Part shown: positions 45,659 through 55,115 of the stretch, in pieces
How the letters are laid out: every line of letters starts with the position of its first letter
Position numbering within the stretch: the stretch's first letter is position 1
Assembly: GCA_018399745.1 (NCBI GenBank)
Contig: JAGYNZ010000005.1
Location: forward strand, 23,765-87,764
DNA from: Deltaproteobacteria bacterium
GTDB taxonomy: Bacteria > Desulfobacterota > Dissulfuribacteria > Dissulfuribacterales > UBA3076
Length of the DNA stretch: 64,000 nucleotides
Reading direction: 5' to 3'
The notes under the pieces: generated by a model
What the model was told of the DNA's origin: nothing
The model's input: the letters and a program-made list of their open reading frames with translations, nothing else
Database searches by the model: none
Translations under genes and position numbers: made by a program

Positions 45659-48211
45659 ATGATTACAGAAGAAAAACTAATTCCCTATAACACCTGTGGT
45701 CTGCCAGCCGGCCCTTTTTTGATAGTTGCACCGCATCCGGACGATGAGACCTTTGGAATGGGGGGCACGATCTTCCTGGCCGGTCACAAAGGCATTCCTG
45801 TACATGTACTCATTCTCACAGACGGTCAGCAGGGGGGGGATTTTTCCATACGGAGAGAGGAATCACAGCGAGCCTGTAAAGTGCTGGGCGTCTCGCGCCT
45901 CTATTTCCGGGGACTTCAGGATCGTCACCTTATAGAAACCTCTTTATCACAGGGTGAGGTATCCAGGATACTCGATGAAGTTGCACCCCGAACGGTCTTT
46001 CTCCCGGCGCTGCAGGAATTTCATCCTGATCACAGGGCTGCTGCCTGTATGTTCTGGCAGGCCCTCAGGGAACTGGATTTCCCGGGAGAAATTTGGCTTT
46101 ATGAAATTACGCGACAAGGCGAGGTTAACCGCCTCATTGATATTACGCCGGTGGTTTCCAGAAAGATCGAAGCGATCCGTTGCTACTCCAGTCAAATCAA
46201 TCAGAATAACTATGAGGCCGTTGTCCTTGGTTTGAATACAGCCAGATCGTACACGCTTGGCCGGGAGGTGACGCATGCGGAAGGCTTTCGGCAAATAGAG
46301 AACTGGAAGGCCAAGAGGCCTTTTGCAGAGTATATACAAGCGGTTAAGCACTATGGATATGGTTTTATGCAATTCTCACATCCTCTGGTTTCAATTATTG
46401 TCCGCACCAAAGACAGACCCCGACTCTTGAAGGAGGCCCTTGAGAGCATAGCAGCGCAGACATATTCACCTGTAGAAATCATAGTGGTCAACGATGGAGG
46501 AGAAAATATGTCTGCGCTGGTGAATTCCTTTCTCCCCACCCTTGGCAATATCAAGTTCATCCGGAATCCGGAGAGCCGAGGCCGTGCCGCTGCCGCCAAT
46601 CAGGGCCTTCAGGCCGCAGAAGGAAATTGGATCGGATTTCTTGATGACGACGATGTGCTTGAATCCTTCGGTCTGGAAAATTTAATTGCCTGTGCCCTGG
46701 AAAGAGATGCAGGCGTTGTTTATGGGCAGGTCTTAAGGGAGCACTACTTATCCGACGGCACCAGGGATCCTGAAAAACAGGACTATCTCTATGCCAGGGC
46801 TTTTAACCTAAATCAGTTGCTTGTGCAAAATTACATACCATTCAATGCCCTGCTTTTTAAGCGGGAAGCCCTGGTTAAGTGTGGATCTCTTGCTGAAGAT
46901 CTTCCCCTGTATGAAGACTGGGATTTGCTCCTTCGTCTGGCAGCTGATCATGAATTTTTATATGTTCCTGTATTAGTCGCCCGCTACAGGTGTTTCGGCA
47001 CATCCACCGCCGAGGGCAGTCGCTTTTCCGTGGAGGAGAGTATATCGGCAGAGAATATAGTCAGGGAACGCTGGTGCTCAAGACTGGGTCCGGAGATTGT
47101 TAAGGCCTTTCGGCGATACATAGATAAGGTGACAGCCGATCGTGGTTCCGGTCATCAGCCGCTTGAGAAGAAATCGTCCATTTCACGCCTCACGGGTGAT
47201 TTAGAAAAAACAGGAAACGGGCCTCAAGTACTCCAGGAAACAGTCGAGTCAGTGAAGAGAGAAAGGGATTTCTGGCAGGCGCAGGCAGGCCTTATGGAGG
47301 CATCGATCTCATGGAGAATCACCAGACCGCTCCGCTGGCTCAGGGCCTTTCAGATGAGGTCGGCAAAAGCACCTTATGCCGCGTCAGACTCACCTCCTGC
47401 ACGGGAATCAAAGGACGTGGGACATACTTTACCTGGATTCAAAAGACTGTTCGAACCGAACACAGAGGGTGTCATACGCGATATTTCTCCAAATGACCAG
47501 ATGTTTCACAATGACGAGGAATCACATTATCTGAGCGTGGGTCAGTCAGCACTTCGTTGCATTAAACTCGCCATGCTATCCGCTGGAAAGGACAGTGCGG
47601 ATATTCAAACCATACTGGACCTGCCGTGTGGACACGGCAGGGTGCTTCGGACTCTCAGGTCTGCTTTTCCCCATGCTCGAATCACGGCCTGTGATATATT
47701 GAAGGATGGGGTCGATTTTTGTTCAGAAACATTTCATGCAATACCTGTATATTCAACGGATAACCCAGACCAGATACCCATAGAAGGCGGCTTTGACCTT
47801 ATCTGGTGTGGATCTCTGCTCACACACCTGAGCAGTGACCGCTGGACCGGTTTTCTCGATTTTTTCAATTCGCACCTCAATCCGGAAGGCGTTTTCGTCT
47901 TTTCCGTCCATGGCCCTTCCTGCGTTCATGCGATTCGTGAAGGTCGCGTATCTTACGGGCTGGAGCAGGGTCAATTGACAAAACTGCTGAAGGATTACAA
48001 CCAATTTGGTTTCGGATATGCAGACTATGTCAACACAAAGGGTTACGGGATCTCCGTTTCTTCTCCTTCGTGGGTCCTGTCCAGGCTGGAAACGTTGTCT
48101 GATCTTCGTCTGATAGAATACCTGGAAATGGGCTGGGATGAGCACCATGACGTCATCGCCTGCATGAAGGATCCTCCGGCAGCACGCCTGGAGAGGGCCT
48201 TGGGAAATTAA
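45659..48211 (+). CDS. Tri-functional fusion: PIG-L/LmbE-type de-N-acetylase, then GT2 glycosyltransferase, then coiled coil, then class I methyltransferase
   Basis: 850 aa. In order: APHPDDETFGMGGTI; VSIIVRTKDRPRLL...VEIIVVNDGG...FLDDDD; RERDFWQAQAGLMEASISWRITRPLRWLR; ILDLPCGHGRVLRTL...FDLIWCGSLLTHL. Confidence 0.85.
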   Translation: MITEEKLIPYNTCGLPAGPFLIVAPHPDDETFGMGGTIFLAGHKGIPVHVLILTDGQQGGDFSIRREESQRACKVLGVSRLYFRGLQDRHLIETSLSQGEVSRILDEVAPRTVFLPALQEFHPDHRAAACMFWQALRELDFPGEIWLYEITRQGEVNRLIDITPVVSRKIEAIRCYSSQINQNNYEAVVLGLNTARSYTLGREVTHAEGFRQIENWKAKRPFAEYIQAVKHYGYGFMQFSHPLVSIIVRTKDRPRLLKEALESIAAQTYSPVEIIVVNDGGENMSALVNSFLPTLGNIKFIRNPESRGRAAAANQGLQAAEGNWIGFLDDDDVLESFGLENLIACALERDAGVVYGQVLREHYLSDGTRDPEKQDYLYARAFNLNQLLVQNYIPFNALLFKREALVKCGSLAEDLPLYEDWDLLLRLAADHEFLYVPVLVARYRCFGTSTAEGSRFSVEESISAENIVRERWCSRLGPEIVKAFRRYIDKVTADRGSGHQPLEKKSSISRLTGDLEKTGNGPQVLQETVESVKRERDFWQAQAGLMEASISWRITRPLRWLRAFQMRSAKAPYAASDSPPARESKDVGHTLPGFKRLFEPNTEGVIRDISPNDQMFHNDEESHYLSVGQSALRCIKLAMLSAGKDSADIQTILDLPCGHGRVLRTLRSAFPHARITACDILKDGVDFCSETFHAIPVYSTDNPDQIPIEGGFDLIWCGSLLTHLSSDRWTGFLDFFNSHLNPEGVFVFSVHGPSCVHAIREGRVSYGLEQGQLTKLLKDYNQFGFGYADYVNTKGYGISVSSPSWVLSRLETLSDLRLIEYLEMGWDEHHDVIACMKDPPAARLERALGN

Positions 48212-48322
48212 TGGTGTAGTCCTATAATACGCTTTTCGGAATATACTCTATAACTATACCAATTCAATGGCTTCAGGCATGGTCCCTAAAGTAATAATAA
48301 CGGTCTTCACGCAAAGCCTAAC

Positions 48323-51300
48323 TTATAGAAACTGTCTGAACACATCCATGGTTTTTTTTACAGCAATTTCCAGTGAATATCTCTCTTCTACTAATTGACG
48401 TCGTTTTTTTGAAAAATCTTGCCAATATTCAGGTCTTGTCAAGACATCCTCCATAGCCTGTATCAACTCTTCTAGGTTAGATGGAGATTCTTCTCTAGTA
48501 AAAGTGCCGAGATTTTCATTAGTTAATGACGTAATCTCACCAAAGCTGTTTCTTACCAATAGACCAATGCCAGGTTTTCCCAAGACCTCTTTTGCGCCCC
48601 CGACATCCGTAAGTATTAAAGGCAATCCAAAAAAAAGCGCCTCTGTCATTGCAATACTCCAGCCCTCGACTATGGAAGGTAACAGAAAGGCATCAGATAA
48701 CTTGTAAAGATCAACAACATCCTGAACATAGCCTGGGAACAAAATACGATCCGAAAGCTCCAGCCGTTCGACCCTTTCTCTTACCTCTCTAAAATAAAGA
48801 GGTTCCATAATGTTGCCTGCACAAATTACTTTTATATGAGGATGATCGGGCATCAGACGTTTCACAGCAGAAATGATGGCATGGTGATTCTTGCGCCCAT
48901 CCAAGGATGCGACGTTCAGGAATACGAAATCATGAGCGCCAAAACCGAAAGTATCTCTCGTTATTCTGGGAGAAGTCTGGTCCAAAAAAGATAGACGTAT
49001 AGTATCTACTCCGTTGGGGATTACCGAAATCTTATCCTGTGATATCTCCAGACGTTCAACCATATACTGAGATACATTATTGGATACGGCAATATAGTGG
49101 GTTATTTCAGGATCTGCTGACCTGAAGCTTTCGCGATCTTTTTTACTGAACCATACATATGAGTTATGTATTGTGGAAACTACGGGGATACCCAGCCTTG
49201 CCGCAATTCCCAGTCCGAAGTTACTGTAATGTGCATTAATCAAGGCAACGGATTGTTCACGCAGGAAGTGCTCATAACGTTGAACATCATTTTGTATTAC
49301 CTTGAGCAGAACTCCGGATTTGAGCGCACTCTCAGCCAATAATCCTCCTTTTTCAGCACATACTATTACAGGCTTAGCCTGGAGATAATCAAACTGCATG
49401 CCAAGATTGCAGACGACTTCCTCCATTCCGCCCTTGTCCATGCTGTTAATTTCAAGAGCGATACAGGGCCGGTTCTCAGGTAATAGCATAGGTTTTGGCA
49501 GATCGGCATCAAAGGACTCCCTGCCACAATCCTGTTCTATAAACAGGTCATTATTGGCAGCAGCCATTATGTAATCAGCTATTCCTGCTGGGGAATATTT
49601 TTTCAGGTATGCATCCACAATCGCTAAATCTGTTTCGGTATCAGCAGCATGGGCAAGCTGCTCTATGGCTTCATCAAGGCTGTCAAAGCAATAAGAATAC
49701 GGGGTGTCATGCCGATGCACTGAATTGCGGGGAAGGACGAGCGGCAGACCTGCAGCCAAAGCATTCTCATGATGCCATGAGAGATCTGCCGATTCCAAGG
49801 AGATTACAGGTGCCCACATGCATGATGTGGAACTTAAGAGAGGATACATGTACCCGGCATCTTTAGCCCCCAAAACATGGACGTTCTCACTTTTGAAGGA
49901 ACCGGGGATTTTTTCTCCATCAAGACCAGGGGGAGAAGCAAAGACAAAATCCCACTTGTCAAAATGTTTGACTGCTTTATGCACTAACTGCGTTTCAAGA
50001 TTTTTAAAAGGACCCCAATACACTACTATCGCCTCTCCATGCCATGGAAATTGCCATACATGGAAACGATTATCTCTGGCTTTTCTAAGTATTGTTGTCG
50101 GGAGCAGTGGCGACGTGAGACACAATGTCTTTTCGGCAACAAGCGGATCCGGATTATTCCTGTCTCTTTCCCAGCTTACAAAACGTTGTGCACCATACAA
50201 ATCGTCTTCTAACGCCGAAAAATTTTGCCCTTCGTCATTGGCAAGGATTGTCCAGCATTTCATTTCCTTCAGATAGGAACGTACTGGCCCCAGGAGATCT
50301 CTGTCTTTGACCCATAGTATGTATTTAAGGTCTTGTACCCTCCTTAACTGATCCAAATTATCGATGCCCAGGTGTGGCAAATCGGCCTGCTGCAATGAAT
50401 TGGCAGATTCGGGTACAATAACATAAAATTCGCAGGATTTTTCCTGAAAACCAGTGGCAAGTCTATAGTCCAAATCGCTGCTTTCAGTAACTGATTTTTC
50501 ACAGAGCATAAGCACTGCAAATTTGAGCTGATAGAAGTTTTTCCTGCCGTTGTGCCCTGCCACGAGCTTCTGAACATTTTCGTATATGTGGCTGGTCCCA
50601 TAGCGTTCGCTCAGACTATTACCATGAACTCTATACTGATAAAGTACTTGTTCGCTGTCCAGCTTGGAAATTTCGAACAGCTCGTTAATACGCAACCAGT
50701 AGTCATAGTCCTCGGTTCCTACCATGCTGGAGTCATAAGGTCCCAAAGCCTTTCCCACATCAGCCCGGTAAAGAAAACTTGCATTGATAAAGTTGTCTGC
50801 CGTAGCCCCCAGTGTTGTGACTTCAGATGGTAAGCTCAGAAGGTTGGTTTCGGATGGCGATTGATTATGTACTCTGTAATCGGAATCAAATAGGGGATTT
50901 CCGTTTTCATCAATAATCTCTACATTGCTATAAACCATGTCAACCATAGAATGTCTGATCAGAAAATCAACCATTGTCTCTATCTGAGCGGGCAACATTA
51001 TATTGTCAGCAGACGTCCATGTATAAAAGTGCCCTGAGGCAAAACGGAAGCCATTGGTAAGAGCCTTGGGGAGTTTTTGATTTGCTTGGCTCAGGACGAT
51101 GACATCGGGACGTCCGACATAAGGAGCTAGATACTTTTCCACACCATCCGTAGAACCATCATTTACTATTATCAACTGTATATTGGGATAGGTTTGATGC
51201 AGGACACTCTCTATGGCCAGACGAGCGCTTGTAGCGTGATTGTAAATAGGCAGGACAACCGAAACCAGAGGAGGTTTGTCTGTTATATGCCGGTAGCACA

Positions 51301-52879
51301 ATCCTTCGATTGATACTCTTTCCTTAATAGGTAGGTCCTTAAGCCCAGGTCTCGTTGAATCTCGATTATCTGAGATATTATATGATGGAGTGGAGCTGTG
51401 ATGAATTGTCCTCGTAAGCTTGGATTTCAGCCGCGGTCCGAAACGTAAGCGGACACTTAGAGGCAAAATGTGCCATAGATGGTATAATAAAGACAAGCTT
51501 CGAAAAGTCACTGACTTGAGCAATCGGTATACGCCGAGTACCAAACTTATGGGAAATCGGTTCAGCGTTTTGTTTAGTTCCTGCTCGCGGGCCTGAAGAT
51601 TGGCTTCATAACCGCGCAGCCATTCCAGCTTTTCGTCCAGAGAATGGTTCCACTGATCCAGATACTGCTCTTTTTTCCCTAGATTTTTTTGCTCCTTAAT
51701 GAGTTCAGGCACTTCCTTCCGATAACGATTCAACTCTGCCATAGCCTTATGGTAGTCAGAGAGATCTCCTACTTCGACTTGATAAAGCTGAAGTTCTCCA
51801 CTCAACTCTGCCATAGCCTTATGGTAGCCAGAGAGATCTCCTACTTCGACTTGATAAAGCTGAAGTTCTCCGCGCACCATTCCAAGATCACGAGCTAACT
51901 GCTCCAGTCTATGATCTCTGAGATCAATGAAACTAAGACGTCTTTGTAACTTTTCCGAAATAACACTAGGTATGGATATGGCCGGGTCCATATCACGAGC
52001 CCGTTCTATAAAAAGCTTGCTCCAGGGTAGCAATTCTAACAGACCGGAATTAATTAAAGATTCTGCCAGTGATAGATTGCACCGGGCTGTCTCCGACACC
52101 TTTTTCTCTGGAGAAATGATGCGTAAACGCGGGAAAATGTCCTGAATTGTGAGACTAGCTAAGGCCTTGGTGGTTATAACAGCTCTCTCAAAACAAATTG
52201 GCTCATCATTAGAAAAGGTCAGATTCCCCCCGTGCCATCTGTAGTAAATTAAGGCTTTGTGTAACCAGTGAGCAGAATGATGTGGCAGAAAACGCATCCA
52301 AACATCATAATCCTGGGTATAAATAAGGGTTTCATCAAAGCCGCCCAACTGGCGTAGGTAATCAGTTCGAATTAAAGCAGAAGGGGCAGGTATGAAATTG
52401 CGCTCAAATAGGTGAGGAAGGATTTCCTCTTCTGTTACATAGGGAACGTCAGTCCAGGATATAATAGTATCATCTTTGGAAGGATTCCCATATCTGTCTA
52501 CCGGAATTTGATTACAGAAAACTACGCCTAAATCAGGGCGATCATGAAAAATTTCAATTTGAGATGATAATTTGAGTGGATGTAAGTAGTCATCTGAAGG
52601 CAAGAAACTAAAATACTTACCACGCGCTATTTTTAGACCCCGGTTTAAAGTAGCACTTAATCCGCTGTTTTTTTGATGAAAAATCTGGATTCTCGGGTAG
52701 TCTTCAAATCTATCAACCAGCTCTTTAGTGCGATCCGTAGATCCGTCATCAATAATAATCAATTCCCAGTTCTGGAAATGTTGATCTATAACACTTTGAA
52801 TTGCCTGTTCTATAAACTCTTCGTGATTATAAGCAGGTATGATGACGGAAACTTCTAGATCAGTATACTCATTTTTCAT
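48323..52879 (-). CDS. Giant multidomain glycosyltransferase: GT2, coiled coil, GT2, uncharacterised middle region, GT4 (GT-B)
   Basis: 1518 aa. In order: VSVIIPAYNHEEFI...IIIDDGSTD...LPSDDY; heptad-rich aa ~330-440; VSVVLPIYNHATSA...IIVNDGSTDG; C-terminal EX7E motif EGWSIAMTE followed by GLPLILTDVGGAKE. Confidence 0.9.
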   Translation of the reverse strand: MKNEYTDLEVSVIIPAYNHEEFIEQAIQSVIDQHFQNWELIIIDDGSTDRTKELVDRFEDYPRIQIFHQKNSGLSATLNRGLKIARGKYFSFLPSDDYLHPLKLSSQIEIFHDRPDLGVVFCNQIPVDRYGNPSKDDTIISWTDVPYVTEEEILPHLFERNFIPAPSALIRTDYLRQLGGFDETLIYTQDYDVWMRFLPHHSAHWLHKALIYYRWHGGNLTFSNDEPICFERAVITTKALASLTIQDIFPRLRIISPEKKVSETARCNLSLAESLINSGLLELLPWSKLFIERARDMDPAISIPSVISEKLQRRLSFIDLRDHRLEQLARDLGMVRGELQLYQVEVGDLSGYHKAMAELSGELQLYQVEVGDLSDYHKAMAELNRYRKEVPELIKEQKNLGKKEQYLDQWNHSLDEKLEWLRGYEANLQAREQELNKTLNRFPISLVLGVYRLLKSVTFRSLSLLYHLWHILPLSVRLRFGPRLKSKLTRTIHHSSTPSYNISDNRDSTRPGLKDLPIKERVSIEGLCYRHITDKPPLVSVVLPIYNHATSARLAIESVLHQTYPNIQLIIVNDGSTDGVEKYLAPYVGRPDVIVLSQANQKLPKALTNGFRFASGHFYTWTSADNIMLPAQIETMVDFLIRHSMVDMVYSNVEIIDENGNPLFDSDYRVHNQSPSETNLLSLPSEVTTLGATADNFINASFLYRADVGKALGPYDSSMVGTEDYDYWLRINELFEISKLDSEQVLYQYRVHGNSLSERYGTSHIYENVQKLVAGHNGRKNFYQLKFAVLMLCEKSVTESSDLDYRLATGFQEKSCEFYVIVPESANSLQQADLPHLGIDNLDQLRRVQDLKYILWVKDRDLLGPVRSYLKEMKCWTILANDEGQNFSALEDDLYGAQRFVSWERDRNNPDPLVAEKTLCLTSPLLPTTILRKARDNRFHVWQFPWHGEAIVVYWGPFKNLETQLVHKAVKHFDKWDFVFASPPGLDGEKIPGSFKSENVHVLGAKDAGYMYPLLSSTSCMWAPVISLESADLSWHHENALAAGLPLVLPRNSVHRHDTPYSYCFDSLDEAIEQLAHAADTETDLAIVDAYLKKYSPAGIADYIMAAANNDLFIEQDCGRESFDADLPKPMLLPENRPCIALEINSMDKGGMEEVVCNLGMQFDYLQAKPVIVCAEKGGLLAESALKSGVLLKVIQNDVQRYEHFLREQSVALINAHYSNFGLGIAARLGIPVVSTIHNSYVWFSKKDRESFRSADPEITHYIAVSNNVSQYMVERLEISQDKISVIPNGVDTIRLSFLDQTSPRITRDTFGFGAHDFVFLNVASLDGRKNHHAIISAVKRLMPDHPHIKVICAGNIMEPLYFREVRERVERLELSDRILFPGYVQDVVDLYKLSDAFLLPSIVEGWSIAMTEALFFGLPLILTDVGGAKEVLGKPGIGLLVRNSFGEITSLTNENLGTFTREESPSNLEELIQAMEDVLTRPEYWQDFSKKRRQLVEERYSLEIAVKKTMDVFRQFL
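51731..51874. repeat. Near-perfect 72-bp tandem duplication inside the coiled-coil segment of the giant GT
   Basis: Units 51731-51802 and 51803-51874 differ at one internal base (T/C, giving D vs G) and at the last 3 nt. They encode GELQLYQVEVGDLSGYHKAMAELS / GELQLYQVEVGDLSDYHKAMAELN. Confidence 0.95.
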
Positions 52880-53127
52880 CTTAATAATAGCTTTCTTGCA
52901 GGTTTGGACTAAATTTATTGAAGCCTGTATACTTTAAACTAAAAAAACTTGCAATTCCAGATAATTTCAGATGGCTGAGAATGACAGCTGAGGTTGCGAT
53001 ATTCAAACATCATGATAGATTTGGCTGAGGTTTTTTTACCTGCTTTTGGAAAATATTGACTTCTTGTTGTCCGCATATCCCAATGTACAAATTCAGTTTG
53101 CAGACAAAGCAGGTAAAAGGGAGTTAC

Positions 53128-53958
53128 ATGAACATAAAATTCTGGCTTAAAGATATTGTCTGTACTCCAGCCAGGTGGGCCGGGGTCATAGTCACGCACC
53201 GGGCGCTCTTGAAGGAGTTTATCAGTAAGGACCTGCGCGGGAGATATGCAGGATCCGCAGCGGGATTATCGTGGGCGGTCATCATGCCCCTGAGCCAAAT
53301 CGCCATATACAGCTTTCTGTTTACCCTGGTCTTTCGAGTAAAGCTTTCCATGATAGAGTTAGGGACAGAGAGCTTTGTGGTCTATATGCTCACAGGGCTC
53401 TTTCCCTGGCTTGCCTTCTCGGAAGGTCTGTCAAGGGCCACCGGGGGCCTTCTGGAAAATTCAAATCTGATTACAAAAGTCGTGTTCGCAGTGGAACTTC
53501 TGCCTGTTACCCATGTATCAAGCGCCTATATACTGAACGGGCTGGGGTTTATTCTGGTTTTAGCCGGCTTTACGCTGAAGGGTCTGGCCGGATGGACCTG
53601 GATGTGGATTCCGGTAGTGACGTGTCTGCTTTGGCTTTTTACACTCGGTCTGGCCGCCTTTTTCTCGGCCTTATGTATATTTCTAAGGGATACCCAGCAG
53701 ATTTTGGGTATTGTCATCTTTATGTGGTTTTATCTGACACCCATACTTTATCCCCTGTCCATGGTGCCGGTAACCTTCCACAGCTATCTCAGGGTCAATC
53801 CCCTTTTCTCTTTTATAGAGATCTACCATCAGATAATATTAAGGCATGTGATGAATTGGGAATTATTATTTGTGGCGGCACTGTGGACAACACTATCAGT
53901 ATTTCTTGGATTTTTCTTTTTTCACCGTTTAAAACCATCCTTTGCCGATGTCCTCTAA
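53128..53958 (+). CDS. wzm: Polysaccharide ABC exporter permease (ABC-2 type, Wzm-like)
   Basis: KDLRGRYAGSAAGLSWAVIMPL is followed by six hydrophobic segments. The start is ATG 53128 (AAAGGGA upstream), not the longer ORF-track start at 53056. Confidence 0.88.
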   Translation: MNIKFWLKDIVCTPARWAGVIVTHRALLKEFISKDLRGRYAGSAAGLSWAVIMPLSQIAIYSFLFTLVFRVKLSMIELGTESFVVYMLTGLFPWLAFSEGLSRATGGLLENSNLITKVVFAVELLPVTHVSSAYILNGLGFILVLAGFTLKGLAGWTWMWIPVVTCLLWLFTLGLAAFFSALCIFLRDTQQILGIVIFMWFYLTPILYPLSMVPVTFHSYLRVNPLFSFIEIYHQIILRHVMNWELLFVAALWTTLSVFLGFFFFHRLKPSFADVL

Positions 53959-53977
53959 ACAGGAATTTTTATAACTG

Positions 53978-55105
53978 ATGAAACATATTATTGTAACTGT
54001 CGGAACCAGACCTGAGGCCATCAAGATGGCCCCTGTACTCAAGTCACTAAGCGAGTATTCGAAGGATTTCAGAGTGACACTGGTATCCACTGCCCAGCAT
54101 CGTCAAATGCTGGATCAGGTCCTGGATGCCTTTCAGATTGAACCCCAGGTGGACCTCGATATAATGCGGCCTGACCAGTCCCTGAGTGAGAGCAGCGCCA
54201 GGGCGCTCAGGGGCCTGGATGAAATATTGGCTGACCTGCGCCCGGACCTGTTGCTTGTCCAGGGAGACACCAATACAGTGCTGGCCGGTGCCATGGCGGC
54301 CTACTATCACCGGATACCCGTAGGGCACGTCGAGGCAGGGCTGAGGACCAACGACCTGTATCGTCCTTTTCCGGAAGAGATGAACCGTCGCCTGACCAGT
54401 CCTCTTGCCAGGCTGCATTTTGCGCCTACAGTAAAGGCCCGCGACAATCTCCTTCAAGAGGGTATCGCTGAAGACCGCATTTTTGTGACCGGCAATACAG
54501 TGGTGGACGCCCTGCTGTGGATAGCCAGGGAGAGGACCGATGCCCTGCCTCAGGAGGCCAGGGGAATATTGGATCGTGGCCGACGCCTGGTCCTGGTAAC
54601 TTCTCACAGGCGGGAGAGTCTTGATCGGGATCTGGACCAGATATGCCTTGCGCTGAGAGAACTCGTTCAATCCTTTGAAGACATTGAAATTCTCTATCCG
54701 GTTCATCTGAATCCACGTGTCCAGGAAACGGTCCGGGAAATTCTGGGCAATACCGAACGTATTCATTTGATAGCCCCCCTTTCTTATCCCGCCTTTGTCC
54801 AGGTCCTCCGTGCGGCCTATCTGATACTGACGGATTCCGGAGGGGTTCAGGAAGAGGCCCCCACCTTCGGGACCCCGATCCTGGTGCTGAGAGAAGTGAC
54901 GGAAAGGAGTGAGGCCATAGACGCCGGCGTGGCAAAGCTGGTAGGGGTCAAACGTAAGGATATTCTGAGGGAGACCTCGCACCTTCTGAAGGATCGCGAG
55001 ATCTACGCCGGATTTGCCAGGCCGTCAAATCCTTTTGGAGACGGCCATGCGGCGGAACGTATCAGCAGACACATAAAGGATTTTTTCGAATCTCAACAGG
55101 AATAG
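53978..55105 (+). CDS. wecB: UDP-N-acetylglucosamine 2-epimerase (non-hydrolysing)
   Basis: 375 aa with VTVGTRPEAIKMAPV, VQGDTNTVLAGA, HVEAGLRT and TDSGGVQEEAP. Confidence 0.93.
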   Translation: MKHIIVTVGTRPEAIKMAPVLKSLSEYSKDFRVTLVSTAQHRQMLDQVLDAFQIEPQVDLDIMRPDQSLSESSARALRGLDEILADLRPDLLLVQGDTNTVLAGAMAAYYHRIPVGHVEAGLRTNDLYRPFPEEMNRRLTSPLARLHFAPTVKARDNLLQEGIAEDRIFVTGNTVVDALLWIARERTDALPQEARGILDRGRRLVLVTSHRRESLDRDLDQICLALRELVQSFEDIEILYPVHLNPRVQETVREILGNTERIHLIAPLSYPAFVQVLRAAYLILTDSGGVQEEAPTFGTPILVLREVTERSEAIDAGVAKLVGVKRKDILRETSHLLKDREIYAGFARPSNPFGDGHAAERISRHIKDFFESQQE

Positions 55106-55115
55106 TTGGTACGGT

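Noticed and set aside
53271-53978. 235-aa + strand ORF overlapping wzm in another frame
   Set aside because: The wzm frame gives a coherent six-TM ABC-2 permease. The alternative frame is R/S/G-rich with no recognisable features.
54047-54982. 311-aa and 169-aa ORFs antisense to wecB
   Set aside because: These are shadow ORFs opposite a near-certain wecB. They have low-complexity G/P/R-rich translations.
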